Assembly (NCBI RefSeq): GCF_964355755.1
Contig: NC_092673.1
Span: 26,719,648-26,783,647, forward strand
Direction: 5' to 3'
Length of the DNA: 64,000 bases
DNA from: Antedon mediterranea
Lineage: Eukaryota; Animalia; Echinodermata
A model generated the notes under the pieces. The model was not told the DNA's origin, did no database searches, and saw nothing but the letters and a program-made list of their open reading frames with translations. Numbering within the stretch: position 1 is the first letter of the stretch; each line of letters starts with the position of its first letter. Positions 62,558-64,000 of this stretch are shown in pieces. A program made the translations under genes and the position numbers.

Positions 62558-64000
62558 TGTGTTGTTGTCTGCAAATAAAATTACTGATCAATAATTTGAC
62601 AATAATTATTATTGTTTCCACTGATTCCAATCAAAATGAATTTGTTACATTTTTGTTATATTACATTTGTTTTTTTTCTCTATTCTTTGCTTATAACATG
62701 ATCTTACATTTAGCTGAGACAACAATATCAGAGATTGGCAACAGCTATGATTCCCTTTGAGTTGCACTTGCAGATAGTTTTGACGTTGTTTATCTCTTTG
62801 TTATGTAATTGCAATGATGGAATGACCTTAAGCTCATTGGCCATGAGTGACTCCAAAGAAGGTTTACACTAAGGTCATGGAGAAAATATATATTATATAT
62901 TTCCTCCATGATAAGGTAGATGTACTGTATTTAGTAAATATGTATTTCTTTTTTAAATAAAAGATAAATACATTTCAACACAATTTATGTAAGTGATAAA
63001 ATATCATAATACAATAGATCTATGGTGTTCTAAATTTGTCACAAACAAGTATTGGCGACAACTATTGAAAAACAGTACAATAACCCAAAATAATCATGAT
63101 AAATCTTATATTAATTACAAAAAAATTATACTATAAAATTCATCAATAAAGTATAGTACTTTTAATGAAATTATAGAGCTTAGTCAGCGGTTACATAAAT
63201 TACACTACTAGCAGGTATGCCTAGTAGATCTTCTATGATTTTCATGATGCATTCTCGGGGCGAAAACAGTAATTTGCATAACGATGAATTCACCAAAAGG
63301 AAAATTGAAGATCAAAAGAACCGAATTCAAATCTTTGGTATTGTTAGAAATATTCTAGTCATCATCATTTTCACAATTGGCATAGTGCTTCCGGGGGACA
63401 AACAGGGTTCATCCTGTTTTTTGTCATTTTATACCTCACCTGTGGTGGTTACTTTGAATGGTGGTGTTCACTACCAAAGTAGAAGGAAATTGTCCCCGTA
63501 TCCCCACAGGGGAGTGCCACACCTGAGGTGCTCACCGGTCGTGGGGCGACCAATGTTTTTTTACTTTTTTTTATGTACATAATTATTGTATGTTATATGT
63601 ATGTACATGCATTTAAATAATAGTCACCAAACTGACAAGCACTCCCTTCTTTTTGGTGTGCTGTTGGATGTGAAATTGTAAATTGTAAAAAATTGAAATT
63701 GTAAATTGTAATTGTGAATAAACTTGACAATTATTATCATTACAGTATTATAAATTGTTTATCATAACCATATTACAGTATAATATTATCTATTATATAA
63801 CACCTATATAAATTCCTGTCATTTGATTGGACGAATGTGGGTCACATGGCGTGCAATAGTACGCACTATTCAACGATCGTTAAATAGTACTTTTTGAAAC
63901 ATTTTTGTTTGTTATTTAGATGTTATATAAAACAAATAATGAATGTTTTGTATTCGTGTAATGGTACAAATAATGGCACTTGGTGAATGATGAAAGGTTA

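Noticed and set aside
63217-63582. 121-aa plus-strand ORF as the next DHX9 exon
   Set aside because: No resemblance to the DHX9 sequence expected after dsRBD2 and no convincing acceptor; left unassigned.

Overview
AT-rich, intron-rich animal genomic DNA. It is probably a marine invertebrate deuterostome such as an echinoderm; this is inferred from gene and repeat content, not proven. Left to right: (1) the 5' end of GPCPD1/GDE5 (CBM20 exons, minus strand, runs off the left edge); (2) a complete 28-exon laminin gamma-1-type gene (minus, 38240-4973, 1626 aa by my exon assembly); (3) a 4.5-kb non-autonomous foldback/Mutator-like element (38308-42820) with a perfect 9-bp TSD, ~210-bp TIRs, inverted arrays of an 88-bp hairpin unit and a core with exact 142-bp periodicity, inserted 67 bp upstream of the laminin ATG; (4) the first seven coding exons of DHX9/RNA helicase A (plus, divergent from laminin); (5) after the last visible DHX9 donor, so probably inside a >14.6-kb intron, an antisense cluster of three RING-less B-box/coiled-coil/filamin/NHL TRIM-like paralogs (the middle one broken) and a tandem death-effector-domain ORF. 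Introns carry many MITEs (hAT-, Harbinger-, Tc1/mariner- and Kolobok-like), tRNA-derived SINEs and minisatellites. All family assignments come from motif recognition by eye; no searches were run.
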